Under the pieces are notes generated by a model. The model did no database searches, had not been told where the DNA came from, and saw only the letters and a list, made by a program, of their open reading frames with translations. A stretch of DNA of 64,000 nt from Treponema bryantii (lineage in GTDB: Bacteria > Spirochaetota > Spirochaetia > Treponematales > Treponemataceae): the NCBI GenBank assembly GCA_015061465.1, contig SUWN01000005.1, positions 1,190 through 65,189 of the forward strand, in the 5' to 3' direction. Shown here in pieces: positions 10,121 to 20,099 of the stretch. Position numbers and translations under genes: made by a program. Numbering within the stretch: position 1 is the stretch's first letter; each line of letters starts with the position of its first letter.

Positions 10121-11845
10121 TTATTCGTATTTGTCTTGAATTACAAGTTTGATTAACGAATCATTTTTTGTAGCAATTTGTTTTCGTTGTTGCAAAAGGT
10201 CTTCTCTATCCAAACTGATATTTGATTCTTCGCAAACTAACTTACAAAAATCAGACAATTTTGAAGGCGATGGCGCATCACAAGCGAGAATCACATTTCT
10301 TCTGCTTATAAAATGATGATAAAATTGCATAAATTCGTCGTTTTCTACAGGAATTCCGTATAATAAATAAATCCTTGTAAAATCTTGAACAGCCGCAACT
10401 TGTTTACAGTAATGCTGAAGTTTTTGTGAGAAATTTTTGTTTCCATTTGCATCTGAAACAAGTTTTTCTGCTATCACAAACAATTCTCTGTCAGAAGAAA
10501 CTTGACCTTTTGGAACAAAATTTGCAATCTGACTAAATTCAACAGAATCTAAAAGCAATTGTGTTTTGCTGTCAATTTGTGCAATTTCAGAAATTTCTTG
10601 TTGATTTTGAACTTCATCTTGAATTTCTGACTGTTCAGAATCTTCATATAAAGCAACTTCTTCGTTAAGTTCCAATTTTGGCTGAACAACAAAATCTTGA
10701 GGAATTTCGGATTCAGTTTCTGCTACAAAAGTTTTATTTTCTTCTTGTGTTTCTATTGGAGTTTCAACTGGAGTTTCAATTATTGTTTCAACTTCCGAAG
10801 TTTCATTTTCTTCAGAAACAACAATTTCATTTTCAACTTCAGGAGTTGCTTCTGGTTCCGGTTCGTATTTTTTTGTAAAAATTTGTTGCAATTCTTCTAT
10901 AGAAAGTTCGTTGTGCGCGTATGAACGTTTTTCGGCTTGCATAATTTCTGCAAGTTTTTCTTCCAAAGTTTGTTCTTTTGATTCAGTAACTTCTTCATGC
11001 GACTCTGATTCTTCTTGTGTCGATTCTGGAACATCTATAATCACAGAAGCAAGTTCATCTTCAGCCGCACCTAAATCCACGTTGTAATCATCATCTTCGT
11101 CTTCATCTAACAGCATTAATTCATTTGGATTTATATCGTTATCAAACATTCGGATTTCTTGCGATTGTTCCTTTGTTATCTGAAAAACACATTTTGAACC
11201 ATCAACTGTTTTTTCATAAAGATTCCCAGTTTCATCATCCACAAAAAATAAATTATTTGAATCAGAAATACGAATTGTTCTAATTTTTTCACAACCTGCA
11301 AACGCATCATCTGCAATTGAAATTAAATTTTCAGGCAAAACAATTGATTCCAACGATGTACAATTTGCAAACGCGCCCGAACAGATTTTTGTAATAGAAT
11401 TTGGAAGAACAATAGATTTTATAGATGAACAACCGGCAAAAACATTTTCCGGTAATTCAGTAATTCCCAGTCGGAACGGAATTTCTTCCAAAGATGAACA
11501 TCCGTAAAACAAACCTTCCGAAAATCCATTTAGTTGATTTGGCATTGTAATTTTATTTAAAGACGAACAACCTGCAAACAAATATGGAGGAAGTTCCGTT
11601 ATCATTGCAGGCAATTTTACTCTTTGTAAATTTTTGGAATTTTCAAAAAGACACGAACCGATTTGTTTAACTGAATCTGGTAAAGAAATCGACTGATAAT
11701 TGCACCCGGAAAAAACTTCATCTTCTATATAATAAACACCAAAAGGAACTCTACCCATAAAAATATTATTTTCAGAATCTACGCCAACGAGAGTTTTTAA
11801 ATCTGCTGAATAAATAAGTCCGTTTTTCTTAATAAAATCATTCAT
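10121..11845 (-). CDS. BspA-type leucine-rich repeat (LRR_5) protein with an acidic linker
   Basis: Repeated F.GC..L..I.LP units; E-rich middle region; no signal peptide. Confidence 0.85.
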   Translation of the reverse strand: MNDFIKKNGLIYSADLKTLVGVDSENNIFMGRVPFGVYYIEDEVFSGCNYQSISLPDSVKQIGSCLFENSKNLQRVKLPAMITELPPYLFAGCSSLNKITMPNQLNGFSEGLFYGCSSLEEIPFRLGITELPENVFAGCSSIKSIVLPNSITKICSGAFANCTSLESIVLPENLISIADDAFAGCEKIRTIRISDSNNLFFVDDETGNLYEKTVDGSKCVFQITKEQSQEIRMFDNDINPNELMLLDEDEDDDYNVDLGAAEDELASVIIDVPESTQEESESHEEVTESKEQTLEEKLAEIMQAEKRSYAHNELSIEELQQIFTKKYEPEPEATPEVENEIVVSEENETSEVETIIETPVETPIETQEENKTFVAETESEIPQDFVVQPKLELNEEVALYEDSEQSEIQDEVQNQQEISEIAQIDSKTQLLLDSVEFSQIANFVPKGQVSSDRELFVIAEKLVSDANGNKNFSQKLQHYCKQVAAVQDFTRIYLLYGIPVENDEFMQFYHHFISRRNVILACDAPSPSKLSDFCKLVCEESNISLDREDLLQQRKQIATKNDSLIKLVIQDKYE

Positions 11846-11888
11846 ACGTTTATTTTATTCTATAAATATCAATCTAACAAGAACAATC

Positions 11889-12539
11889 TTATAATCTGAT
11901 AATTTTGTCGGCTACGTTTTGGGCTTCTTCTTCGTCGTGTGTTACCATAATTGCTGTAAATCCAAATTGCTTTTGCCATTCTTTTAATTGAAACGCCAAT
12001 TTTTGTCTTAATTCCGCGTCTAGAGCAGAAAGAGGTTCATCTAACAAAAGCAATTTTGGTTTTGTAATTAACGCACGCGCAAGAGCAACTCTTTGTTTTT
12101 CTCCGCCCGATAAAGTTTGTGGAAGTCGTTTTTCAAATCCACTCAAACCAAATTCTTTTATAAATTCTTTTGCCATTTTTCTAGCTTCAGATTTTTTTTC
12201 ACCTTTAGAAATTAAACCGTACGCAACATTATCTTGAACATTCAAATGATTAAATAATGCACCACTTTGAAAAACAAAACCAATTTCTCTTTTTGCAGGA
12301 GCCAAATTTTCCACGTGTCTATTATCTAAAAGGATTTCAAAATCATCTTTTTTATCATTTTGTTCCAAACCGGCAATTATATTTAAAATTGTAGATTTTC
12401 CACTTCCACTTGGACCGAGCAAACAAGTAAAAGTTTTTTCTTGAGTAGCAAAATATTCTAAATTAATTTGTTTTGTACCCCAATCTTTATAAATATTTTT
12501 TAAAACCAAGTAATCATTCATCATTATTTTTTTCTCCAA
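11889..12539 (-). CDS. thiQ: ABC transporter ATPase (thiamine, ThiQ-like); true start may be ~12521
   Basis: GPSGSGKS, LSGGEKQR, LLLDEP, VTHD; downstream of thiB/thiP-like genes and a TPP riboswitch. Confidence 0.8.
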   Translation of the reverse strand: MEKKIMMNDYLVLKNIYKDWGTKQINLEYFATQEKTFTCLLGPSGSGKSTILNIIAGLEQNDKKDDFEILLDNRHVENLAPAKREIGFVFQSGALFNHLNVQDNVAYGLISKGEKKSEARKMAKEFIKEFGLSGFEKRLPQTLSGGEKQRVALARALITKPKLLLLDEPLSALDAELRQKLAFQLKEWQKQFGFTAIMVTHDEEEAQNVADKIIRL

Positions 12540-14169
12540 TTGAGTACAATATAATAGAAAGAAGTGCCATTATCGTTCCGCTCGCACACGCCAATTCAAA
12601 TCTATATGAACCTGCCAATCTGTATGTGTACAAAGCAAGCGTATCTAAACCTTGAACGCTCAAAACTAAAGGCAACGTAGTGTCTCCCAAACTTATTGCA
12701 AAAGAACAACAAAAAGCCGCCCACAAAAATTTTTTACACGAAGGCAAAAAAATTCTAAAAACGGTGTCCAAATCATCCTTAGACAAAATCTTACTTGCAA
12801 GCAAAGTTTCAGTTGGAATTTTATTAATTCCATTTTGAATTTGTCTAAAAGCAATTGGCCAATAAATTGCAACTTGCATCAAAATTAATAAAAAAGCATT
12901 TCCACGTCTAAAAACCAAACTCATTCCCCATCCTATTACAACAGAAGAAATCGCCATTGGTAAAAGAGGAATAATTTGCCACAAAAATCTATTTGCATTT
13001 TTAGAAAATTTTAATATACACGAGTAAACAAAACCGCAAAAACAACATAAAAATCCACTGCATATTCCAATCCAAATTGAATTAAAAAACGCCTTCCAAA
13101 AATTTGGAGAAGAAAATAAAGTTTTAAATTGAAAAACCGAAAAACTTAAATCGCCGCGTTCACGCTTTGTAAACGCAGAAATAAAAATGCAAAACAAGGG
13201 AAAAACAAAAAATAAAAGAACTAATAAAATCAAAACAACAAAAAAAACAATTTCTATCACGCACAAAAATTTTTTGCAAAAAGCTGCGTTTCCAATTGAA
13301 TACATTTTTTTTTGATTTCCACAAAACTCAAAACCTTGCGTAGTTTGAACGTATTTTTTGCAAACGCCTAAATAAATAAAAACAATACAAACCGCAAGAC
13401 AAGTTTCTACAAAAGCCAAAAAAGAAGCACTTTTATAATCAAACGTCGATTTTACAAGATGATAAATTTCTACTTCAAAAACGCTCATTCCTGGCGGGCA
13501 AAAAAGCAGAACGAACATAAAACTAAAAAAACAAAACAAAAAAACTGGAATCAAAGCCGAACCTATTGCTCCACTTAATTGTTTTAATGTAATTGTAAAA
13601 AACACACGAACTTCATTTGCGCCCAATAATCTTGCGGCGTTTTCTTGTTCAAGCGGCAAAATCTTCCACGCTTTGTAAATAATTCCTGTTACAAACGGGA
13701 AATTATAAAAACCTTGAGCAATCACAATTCCCCAAAAAGAATACAAAAACTTAAATGGAACTTCTTCAAATCCTAACTTTTCCACAAAAAATGAATTTAC
13801 AAATCCGCCCATTCCCCAAAAACTTACAAAACCTAACGCAATAATTAAAGAAGGAACACACAACGGAACTGCCGAAAGTGCCAAAATCCATTTTTTGAAT
13901 AAAAAATCCCTTTTTGTCGCAAAAAACGCAACGCAAATTCCTACCACAAAAGCAATTACTGTAGAACAAAAAGCAACTTTTAAAGTATAAAAAGCCACTT
14001 TTGCTAAATTTCTTATTGAATCGAGATTAATAAAATTGCCAAAAAAGAAACCAAAATCTCTACTAAAAAAAACTTTTGCAATAGGAATTAAAAAAGAGAA
14101 AATCATCATAAAGGCGACAGAACATAAACTAATCCAAAAAAATCGCCTAGAAAAATCGCCCTTATTCAT
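12514..14169 (-). CDS. thiP: ABC permease (thiamine/Fe3+ family, ThiP-like)
   Basis: Two-domain hydrophobic permease with EAA-like loop ENAARLLGA; operon context. Confidence 0.8.
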   Translation of the reverse strand: MNKGDFSRRFFWISLCSVAFMMIFSFLIPIAKVFFSRDFGFFFGNFINLDSIRNLAKVAFYTLKVAFCSTVIAFVVGICVAFFATKRDFLFKKWILALSAVPLCVPSLIIALGFVSFWGMGGFVNSFFVEKLGFEEVPFKFLYSFWGIVIAQGFYNFPFVTGIIYKAWKILPLEQENAARLLGANEVRVFFTITLKQLSGAIGSALIPVFLFCFFSFMFVLLFCPPGMSVFEVEIYHLVKSTFDYKSASFLAFVETCLAVCIVFIYLGVCKKYVQTTQGFEFCGNQKKMYSIGNAAFCKKFLCVIEIVFFVVLILLVLLFFVFPLFCIFISAFTKRERGDLSFSVFQFKTLFSSPNFWKAFFNSIWIGICSGFLCCFCGFVYSCILKFSKNANRFLWQIIPLLPMAISSVVIGWGMSLVFRRGNAFLLILMQVAIYWPIAFRQIQNGINKIPTETLLASKILSKDDLDTVFRIFLPSCKKFLWAAFCCSFAISLGDTTLPLVLSVQGLDTLALYTYRLAGSYRFELACASGTIMALLSIILYSIGEKNNDE

Positions 14170-14175
14170 AAAAAC

Positions 14176-15189
14176 TTATTCGCTCAAAACAGTCATTACT
14201 TTAGAAACAGCGTCCAAAACAACTCCCGAATCATAATCCAAAGTTACTTGTGGAATTTTTGCGCCTAATTCATAACTTTTTGGCAAAGTAACTTTTGAAT
14301 TAACAGGGAACATCCATTGTGTAAGAGGAATTACAGATTGCGCTTCCTCACTAATTAAAAAATCCATAAAAAGTTTTGCATTTTCAATATTTTTAGAACG
14401 TTTTACAATTCCAGCCCCTTCCACTTGCAAAACGTGCCCTTGTTCAAAAATCACAGCCTTGAATTTGTCACCTTCGTTATATTCAATGTGATAAGCAGGA
14501 CTCGTTGTATAACTAAGAGCAAAAGGTGCTTCTCCGTTTGTAAAAAGCCCGTAACCACTGCTCCAACCCGGCGCCATCGTCAAAATAGAAGGTTTTAATC
14601 GCTTCCAAAAATCCAAATAATTTTCACCATAAACAGCCATTGTCCAAGCAACAAAACCAAGACCTGGAGTGCTAGTGCGAGCGTCCATCAAAATAATACT
14701 TTTTTTGTAAATATCTTTAGTCAAATCTTCCAAGCAAGTTGGTTTTTCAATTCCAAAATCTTCGTTATAAATCAAAGCAAAATGACTGTAATCAAAAGGC
14801 GTCATAATCCATTCACCATTTTTGCAATATTTATTCAACGAATCACACAAATCGGAACGAATTACACCAGAATTTTTTGGTTCATAATCCAAAAGTAAAG
14901 CCGATTCATACACTTTTTTTGCAAGATTATTGTCCAACCCCAGCAAAACATCAGCATAAGGTGCATCTTTTTCTGCCAACGCCTTTGTCAAAACTTGAGC
15001 GCCGTCTCCACAATCCACAAAAACAACATCAATGCCCGTTTTTTCTTTGAATTTGCGTGCAATTTCAGGACCAGAGCCCCATTCACCACAAAACGAATCG
15101 TAAGTGTAAACAACAACATCAGACCGTTCACTCGAACAGCCTACCAAAAGAGAAAATAAAATAAAAAGGGAAAAAATAAATTTTTTCAT
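14176..15189 (-). CDS. thiB: Thiamine ABC substrate-binding lipoprotein
   Basis: Lipobox LVGC, VYTYDSF..EWG, TSTPGLGF, GWS.GY, SYTTSPAYH; preceded by a TPP riboswitch. Confidence 0.9.
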   Translation of the reverse strand: MKKFIFSLFILFSLLVGCSSERSDVVVYTYDSFCGEWGSGPEIARKFKEKTGIDVVFVDCGDGAQVLTKALAEKDAPYADVLLGLDNNLAKKVYESALLLDYEPKNSGVIRSDLCDSLNKYCKNGEWIMTPFDYSHFALIYNEDFGIEKPTCLEDLTKDIYKKSIILMDARTSTPGLGFVAWTMAVYGENYLDFWKRLKPSILTMAPGWSSGYGLFTNGEAPFALSYTTSPAYHIEYNEGDKFKAVIFEQGHVLQVEGAGIVKRSKNIENAKLFMDFLISEEAQSVIPLTQWMFPVNSKVTLPKSYELGAKIPQVTLDYDSGVVLDAVSKVMTVLSE

Positions 15190-15288
15190 GCCTTCCTCCG
15201 CAGGAATTATCCTGATCAGGTTGGAGCCCCATACGGAACTCTAAGGGTATAATCTCAGCCCTCTAAAATAGAGAGCACCCCTGTCATA
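15187..15288 (-). promoter_or_regulatory. TPP (THI-box) riboswitch
   Basis: Minus strand reads GGGGUGC...CUGAGA-UUAUACCC...AACCUGAUCAGGAUAAUUCCUGCGGAGGAAG directly before the thiB AUG. Confidence 0.93.
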
Positions 15289-15312
15289 AATTAATAGAAA
15301 TGTAAAAAGTTT

Positions 15313-15412
15313 GGGCCAGCGAGTCTCACAACTCACCTTCCGCCGCTCAGTAACCTTCGGTGGTGGCTTCGCCACCACTGCTACGCACGGCTCCAGCTTC
15401 GGGCCGCACGCT
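15313..15412. other. GC-rich multi-hairpin intergenic element
   Basis: gtggtggc-ttc-gccaccac stem; three CTTCG motifs on +; minus-strand stem gcgtgcggc/gccgtgcgt. Confidence 0.55.
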
Positions 15413-15421
15413 ATTTAATCA

Positions 15422-16096
15422 TTAAAAGAACTTAAATTCAAGTCCTACGCTACCAGTTAGATTTTTACGTGTAAATTCAATTGATGGTCTTTCTAACTCA
15501 TCAACAGCTCCAATACCTGTATCTCCATCACCAACTAAAGGAACTGTAGTTTTATTAAAGTCAATTATATAACGACCACCCATAACAAGTCCAAGGTGTT
15601 TTGTAAAGTAGATTTTGAAATCTGCACCAGCAACAAATCCCATCTTGAATTGATTTTCTTTAATTTGCTGAACATAACCGGCAGAACCTTCAACCGATCT
15701 ATTTAATTCTGTAGAAAAGTTTACACCTGCACCTAATCCAAGTGACAATTTCCAGATTGGCAAATTCAACCAAAGCATTACAGGAACATCCATAACAAGT
15801 GATTCATAATCAGCAACTTTGTTATCTTCAAGAGCAAAATTTACATTACTTGTAATAAAATTTGCTTCTGCTTGAACCCCAAGTCCACCTAAAAGTGCAA
15901 AGTTTGCAAATACACCAAAACCACCATCAAAAACAGGATTTGTTTTTAAGTTTGTATAAGTATCTTTAAAAGAAACTTTTGATTCTGGATCTAAATTTGT
16001 AGAAAGCACCCCTTTTGCACCAATAGAAAAATCTAACGCAAAAGAAGATGCAACCATAGTCATTGCAATAATAATTGAAGTAATAATTTTTTTCAT
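15422..16096 (-). CDS. Outer-membrane beta-barrel (porin-like) protein
   Basis: Signal peptide ending SSFA, amphipathic strands, C-terminal GLEFKFF; GGAGG SD. Confidence 0.7.
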   Translation of the reverse strand: MKKIITSIIIAMTMVASSFALDFSIGAKGVLSTNLDPESKVSFKDTYTNLKTNPVFDGGFGVFANFALLGGLGVQAEANFITSNVNFALEDNKVADYESLVMDVPVMLWLNLPIWKLSLGLGAGVNFSTELNRSVEGSAGYVQQIKENQFKMGFVAGADFKIYFTKHLGLVMGGRYIIDFNKTTVPLVGDGDTGIGAVDELERPSIEFTRKNLTGSVGLEFKFF

Positions 16097-16220
16097 AAAA
16101 AAATCCTCCGTAGTTTTTTGTTTTTTTTTACAACGTAAAAAAGTCTCTACATTTTAAAATACAAAAGGCAAAATCATTCTACCACAACTTTTTTGTAAAT
16201 CAAGCACAAATTTTTAGTAA

Positions 16221-16832
16221 TTATTCTGATATAACTTTTTTTATTGCCCCTAACAACTCACTGTATTCAGTAAAAGCTGGATATTGAGGATATTCTTTTA
16301 TAATTTTTTCTGTAGAACGGAACAAAAATCCTGCTTTAGAAGCTTGAATCATTCCAAGGTCATTAAAACTATCTCCAGAAGCGATTGTTTCATACCCAAT
16401 TGATTGCAATGCTTTTACAGTAGTATATTTGCTATTTTCTACACGCATTTTAAATCCTGTAATTTCACCAGAAGGAGCAACTTCAAGTGTATTACAGAAT
16501 ATTGTTGGTTGGCCTAATTTTTCCATTAAAGGAGCTGCAAATTGTGTAAATGTATCACTCAAAATGATTGTTTGGCAGCAAGAACGTAATTCGTCCAAAA
16601 ATTCTTTTGCACCTGGCAACGGATCAATTTTTCTGATTGTATCCTGAATTTCTTTTAATCCCAAATTATGTTGTTTTAGAATATCAATTCTATATTTCAT
16701 TAATTTGTCATAATCAGGTTCATCACGAGTTGTGCGTTTAAGTTCTTCAATTCCTGTAGTTTCTGCAAAAGCAATCCAAATTTCAGGAACAAGAACTCCC
16801 TCTAAATCCAAACATGTCAAATACATACTCAT
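16221..16832 (-). CDS. thrH: Phosphoserine phosphatase / homoserine phosphotransferase
   Basis: CLDLEGVLVPEIW, TTRDEPDYD, ILSDTF, SGDSFND. Confidence 0.95.
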   Translation of the reverse strand: MSMYLTCLDLEGVLVPEIWIAFAETTGIEELKRTTRDEPDYDKLMKYRIDILKQHNLGLKEIQDTIRKIDPLPGAKEFLDELRSCCQTIILSDTFTQFAAPLMEKLGQPTIFCNTLEVAPSGEITGFKMRVENSKYTTVKALQSIGYETIASGDSFNDLGMIQASKAGFLFRSTEKIIKEYPQYPAFTEYSELLGAIKKVISE

Positions 16833-16846
16833 TTGTTTGCCTCAAT

Positions 16847-18247
16847 TTATTTTTTTTGTTCACTAGGTTTGCTTTTTGCGCCAGCAACTGCTGCAGCCAT
16901 TTTTGCGTGAGCAGATTCAAGGTCATTTACCATAAGAACTGGCTGACCTGTTGCATCCAAAGCATCTCTCCACAAAGAACCTTCAGGATTAACTGCATTT
17001 CTGTGTGCTGTAACAGCTTTAATTGGTAAGTGAACAAATTTGTCATGAACCAAACCAATTACAAGTTTTGTTTTTCCAGCCATTGCAGCATGAACAGCGT
17101 TATTTCCCAAACGTTCACAATAAATTGAATCGCTGGCAGTTGTAACACTTGCTCTAACTTGGTAAGAAGGATCAATATATTTTAGGTTGATTTCAATATT
17201 TTTTTCTTTGAAGTATTTTTCTATTCTTGCTTTTAAGAAAACACCAATATCAGCAAGTTTTTTGTTTCCTGAAGCATCAGTTGCATTTGTAGAAGTTAAT
17301 AAATCTTGTCCAGCACCTTCTGCAACAACAATTACTGCGTGTCCACGTTTTGCAAGACGACGTTCCAAACATGCAAGGAATCCGTTTTCGCCTTCAAGTT
17401 CAAATGGAACTTCAGGAATTAAACAGAAGTTTGTTTCGTGGCTAGCTAAAGCTGCAGCAGTTGCAATAAAACCAGATTCACGACCCATTAATTTTACAAG
17501 ACCAACACCACCAATTTGGCTAGCAGCTTCCATGTGAACAGCTGCGATAGATTCTTTTGCGCGTTGAACAGCTGTTTCAAAACCGAATGAACGGTCAATG
17601 AACATCAAATCGTTATCTACAGTTTTTGGAATACCAACAACAGCACATTTCATTCCACGTTTTTCAACTTCGCAAGCAACATCGTAAGCACCACGTTGAG
17701 TTCCGTCTCCACCGATAATGAAAAGCATGTTGATTCCATCTCTTTCCAAACAGTCAACAATGTCAGAAGTTCTTTGTCCACCACCGCGACTTGTTCCAAG
17801 ATAAGTTCCACCAATTTTGTGAATTTCGTCAATTAAATAGCGATCAAGCTCAATTGGTTCATAACCGCTATCTGCAAAAAATCCATGGAAACCGTATTGA
17901 TAACCTTTGATTGTTTTTACACCATAACGTGTGTTTAAACATCTAACAATTGCACGAATAACATCGTTTAACCCAGGACATAATCCACCACAAGTACAAA
18001 TACCAGCTTTTGCGTGTTTTGGGTCAAAATAGATTTTTTCTCTTGGACCAGCTTTTTGAATTAAGTTTGATGAATCTAATTTTATTGGTTCAGTTGTATC
18101 GTAAATATTGATATTGTTAATTACATAAGAATCATCACTTACATAATTTGCAGTAAAATCTCCATGGTTTAATGAAAATTTAATTGGAGACTGAATTGTA
18201 CAAGGTCCCAAATTATCAATAGAAAAATCAAATTTTTCTTCTGCCAT
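16847..18247 (-). CDS. pfkA: ATP-dependent 6-phosphofructokinase (clade X type)
   Basis: [13 protein letters not shown] (Gly indicates ATP type), PKTVDND, MGRESG, YIDPSY. Confidence 0.9.
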   Translation of the reverse strand: MAEEKFDFSIDNLGPCTIQSPIKFSLNHGDFTANYVSDDSYVINNINIYDTTEPIKLDSSNLIQKAGPREKIYFDPKHAKAGICTCGGLCPGLNDVIRAIVRCLNTRYGVKTIKGYQYGFHGFFADSGYEPIELDRYLIDEIHKIGGTYLGTSRGGGQRTSDIVDCLERDGINMLFIIGGDGTQRGAYDVACEVEKRGMKCAVVGIPKTVDNDLMFIDRSFGFETAVQRAKESIAAVHMEAASQIGGVGLVKLMGRESGFIATAAALASHETNFCLIPEVPFELEGENGFLACLERRLAKRGHAVIVVAEGAGQDLLTSTNATDASGNKKLADIGVFLKARIEKYFKEKNIEINLKYIDPSYQVRASVTTASDSIYCERLGNNAVHAAMAGKTKLVIGLVHDKFVHLPIKAVTAHRNAVNPEGSLWRDALDATGQPVLMVNDLESAHAKMAAAVAGAKSKPSEQKK

Positions 18248-18441
18248 ACTTACTCCTACTAATGTATAAATAAATTACTAAAATTTCTTCTGCTAAAAAT
18301 TTTCTCTTTCCATATAAGATAGCTTTTATATCAGTTTTTTTCAATATATATAGGTAATAAACATTATATTTGTCATACTGAAAAAAAATATAATTCTCAA
18401 TTACCAAAAATTATTTTGTCTTTTTTTTGACTTTTTTCTAA

Positions 18442-18485
18442 AAAAATGGTCCGAAAAAATCTTTTTTGAACATATTAACTATAGG
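18442..18485 (+). promoter_or_regulatory. Conserved 44-bp motif upstream of Rpn gene copy 1
   Basis: AAAAATGGTCCGAAAAAATCTTTTTTGAACATATTAACTATAGG; identical at 61711, near-identical at 60634. Confidence 0.75.
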
Positions 18486-18531
18486 GGAATTTTATTCTCT
18501 GTATTTCATATAAAAAAGGAAAGATTTTAAA

Positions 18532-19368
18532 ATGAATTTTATTAAGCCTATTGAAGAACTTACGTTTACCGATGATTTTATGTTTGGCTATATTTTGCGC
18601 GACCCAGAAATCTGTAAAACATTATTAGAAACTCTGCTTGAAATTCAAATTGACCGGCTTGAATATCCTGAACTTCAAAAATCAATCAGTACATTTTATG
18701 AAAGTAAAGGTGTTCGTTTGGATGTTTATGTAAAAAACTCTAATCGTGTTTTTGACATAGAAATTCAAAATGATTTTCAAATCGCTCTTCCTAGAAGAAC
18801 TCGTTACTATCAGTCTATGATTGACATGGACGATTTATTAAAAGGCGCTGATTATTCAGAACTAAAGGAAAGTTTTATCATTTTTGTTTGTCAGTTCGAT
18901 CCATTCAAAGCTGATTTACCTTGTTACACATTTAAAAATCTATGTTTAGAAGATAATAACATCAATTTAAAAGATGGAACGACTAAAATTATCTTTAATT
19001 CAACTGCCTACGAAAAAGAAAATAATCTAGAAATTTCCGCTTTCTTAAAGTATATTAAAACTAAAGTTCCAACTAATAATTTTACAGATAGACTTCATCG
19101 TTTAGTTGAAGAACATAAAATAAATAATAAGTTTAGGAATGAATATTTTGCTATGAATTTACACGATAGAGATATTACGAGAAAAGCTTTTGCGGAAGGC
19201 GAAGCGCTTGGTGTCGAAAAAGGTATTTCTCAGGGTGCTGAACAAAATAAAATTGAAACTGCAAAAAAATTCATAAAAATGGGATTCTCTTTTGAACAAA
19301 TTGCAGAGGGAACAAATCTTTCACTAGAAAAAGTTCAACAACTTGCGGAAGAACAAGAGCACAAGTAA
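18532..19368 (+). CDS. Rpn family recombination-promoting nuclease / PD-(D/E)XK_2 putative transposase (copy 1)
   Basis: LTFTDDFMF, RLDVYV...DIEIQ, RTRYYQS, C-terminal EG..G..KG..G repeats and an HTH-like tail. Confidence 0.9.
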   Translation: MNFIKPIEELTFTDDFMFGYILRDPEICKTLLETLLEIQIDRLEYPELQKSISTFYESKGVRLDVYVKNSNRVFDIEIQNDFQIALPRRTRYYQSMIDMDDLLKGADYSELKESFIIFVCQFDPFKADLPCYTFKNLCLEDNNINLKDGTTKIIFNSTAYEKENNLEISAFLKYIKTKVPTNNFTDRLHRLVEEHKINNKFRNEYFAMNLHDRDITRKAFAEGEALGVEKGISQGAEQNKIETAKKFIKMGFSFEQIAEGTNLSLEKVQQLAEEQEHK

Positions 19369-19408
19369 CGGTGATTTTTTACAAATCACAATTACTTGCA
19401 CGCCCGCA

Positions 19409-19437
19409 TCTTAATTCTTAATTCTGAATTCTGAATT
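19409..19437. repeat. Heptamer tandem repeat downstream of Rpn copy 1
   Basis: tcttaattcttaattctgaattctgaatt. Confidence 0.7.
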
Positions 19438-19442
19438 TGTAT

Positions 19443-20099
19443 CTATCTGTCTCTTTTTCCAAGTCCTGTTCTTGCAACGTGCCACATTGATTCACCGATG
19501 TTTGGCTCTGTGTTTGTTGCTTTAAACAAATCTGGAAGATTTACGAACTCGTACCCTGCATCTTTTAATTCTGGAATTGCTCTATCAAGTGCTTTTAAGG
19601 TTGCATCGTTACCTTCCATTACGTGAAGCAAATAAATTGTTCCGTTTTCTGCACCTTTGATAATTTCTTGATAGCGATATTCTTCATCATAATTTAGATC
19701 CCAGTCCATACATGCTTTTCCACAAACAAAAGGAACTTTGATTGTATTGTACATTGTATCGCTAATTGAAATAAATGGAGGTCTAAAAAATTCAGCTTTT
19801 TTTCCTGTTAATTCTACGATTAAATCATCACATTTATTATATTCTTCTGCAACTTCTTCTGCTGACATTCCTGCCATGTTTGAATGTGTCCATGAATGAT
19901 TTTGTATATCACATCCCATTTCAATTGCACGTTTGATTACGGCTTTATTTTCTGGTGTTACTTTATTTCCGATAATAAAAAATGATGCTGGAACATTGTA
20001 TTTTTCCATAATGTCTAACATTTCGCTCATTGTTTGTGGGTCAGAAATATTTGGTCCATCATCAAAACTCAAACATAAATATTTTTTTTCGTTTGTCAT
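19443..20099 (-). CDS. Polysaccharide deacetylase (CE4, NodB-like)
   Basis: SFDDGP, NHSWTH, FRPPF, DW, LLH. Confidence 0.92.
   Translation of the reverse strand: MTNEKKYLCLSFDDGPNISDPQTMSEMLDIMEKYNVPASFFIIGNKVTPENKAVIKRAIEMGCDIQNHSWTHSNMAGMSAEEVAEEYNKCDDLIVELTGKKAEFFRPPFISISDTMYNTIKVPFVCGKACMDWDLNYDEEYRYQEIIKGAENGTIYLLHVMEGNDATLKALDRAIPELKDAGYEFVNLPDLFKATNTEPNIGESMWHVARTGLGKRDR

Noticed and set aside
15313-15412. Element tested by eye as tRNA, SRP RNA, hammerhead or HDV-like ribozyme
   Set aside because: Core consensus motifs were not found on either strand; kept only as an unexplained structured element.
18532-19368. Rpn genes as classical IS elements
   Set aside because: No terminal inverted repeats or target-site duplications were seen, and the family is not established as true transposases.
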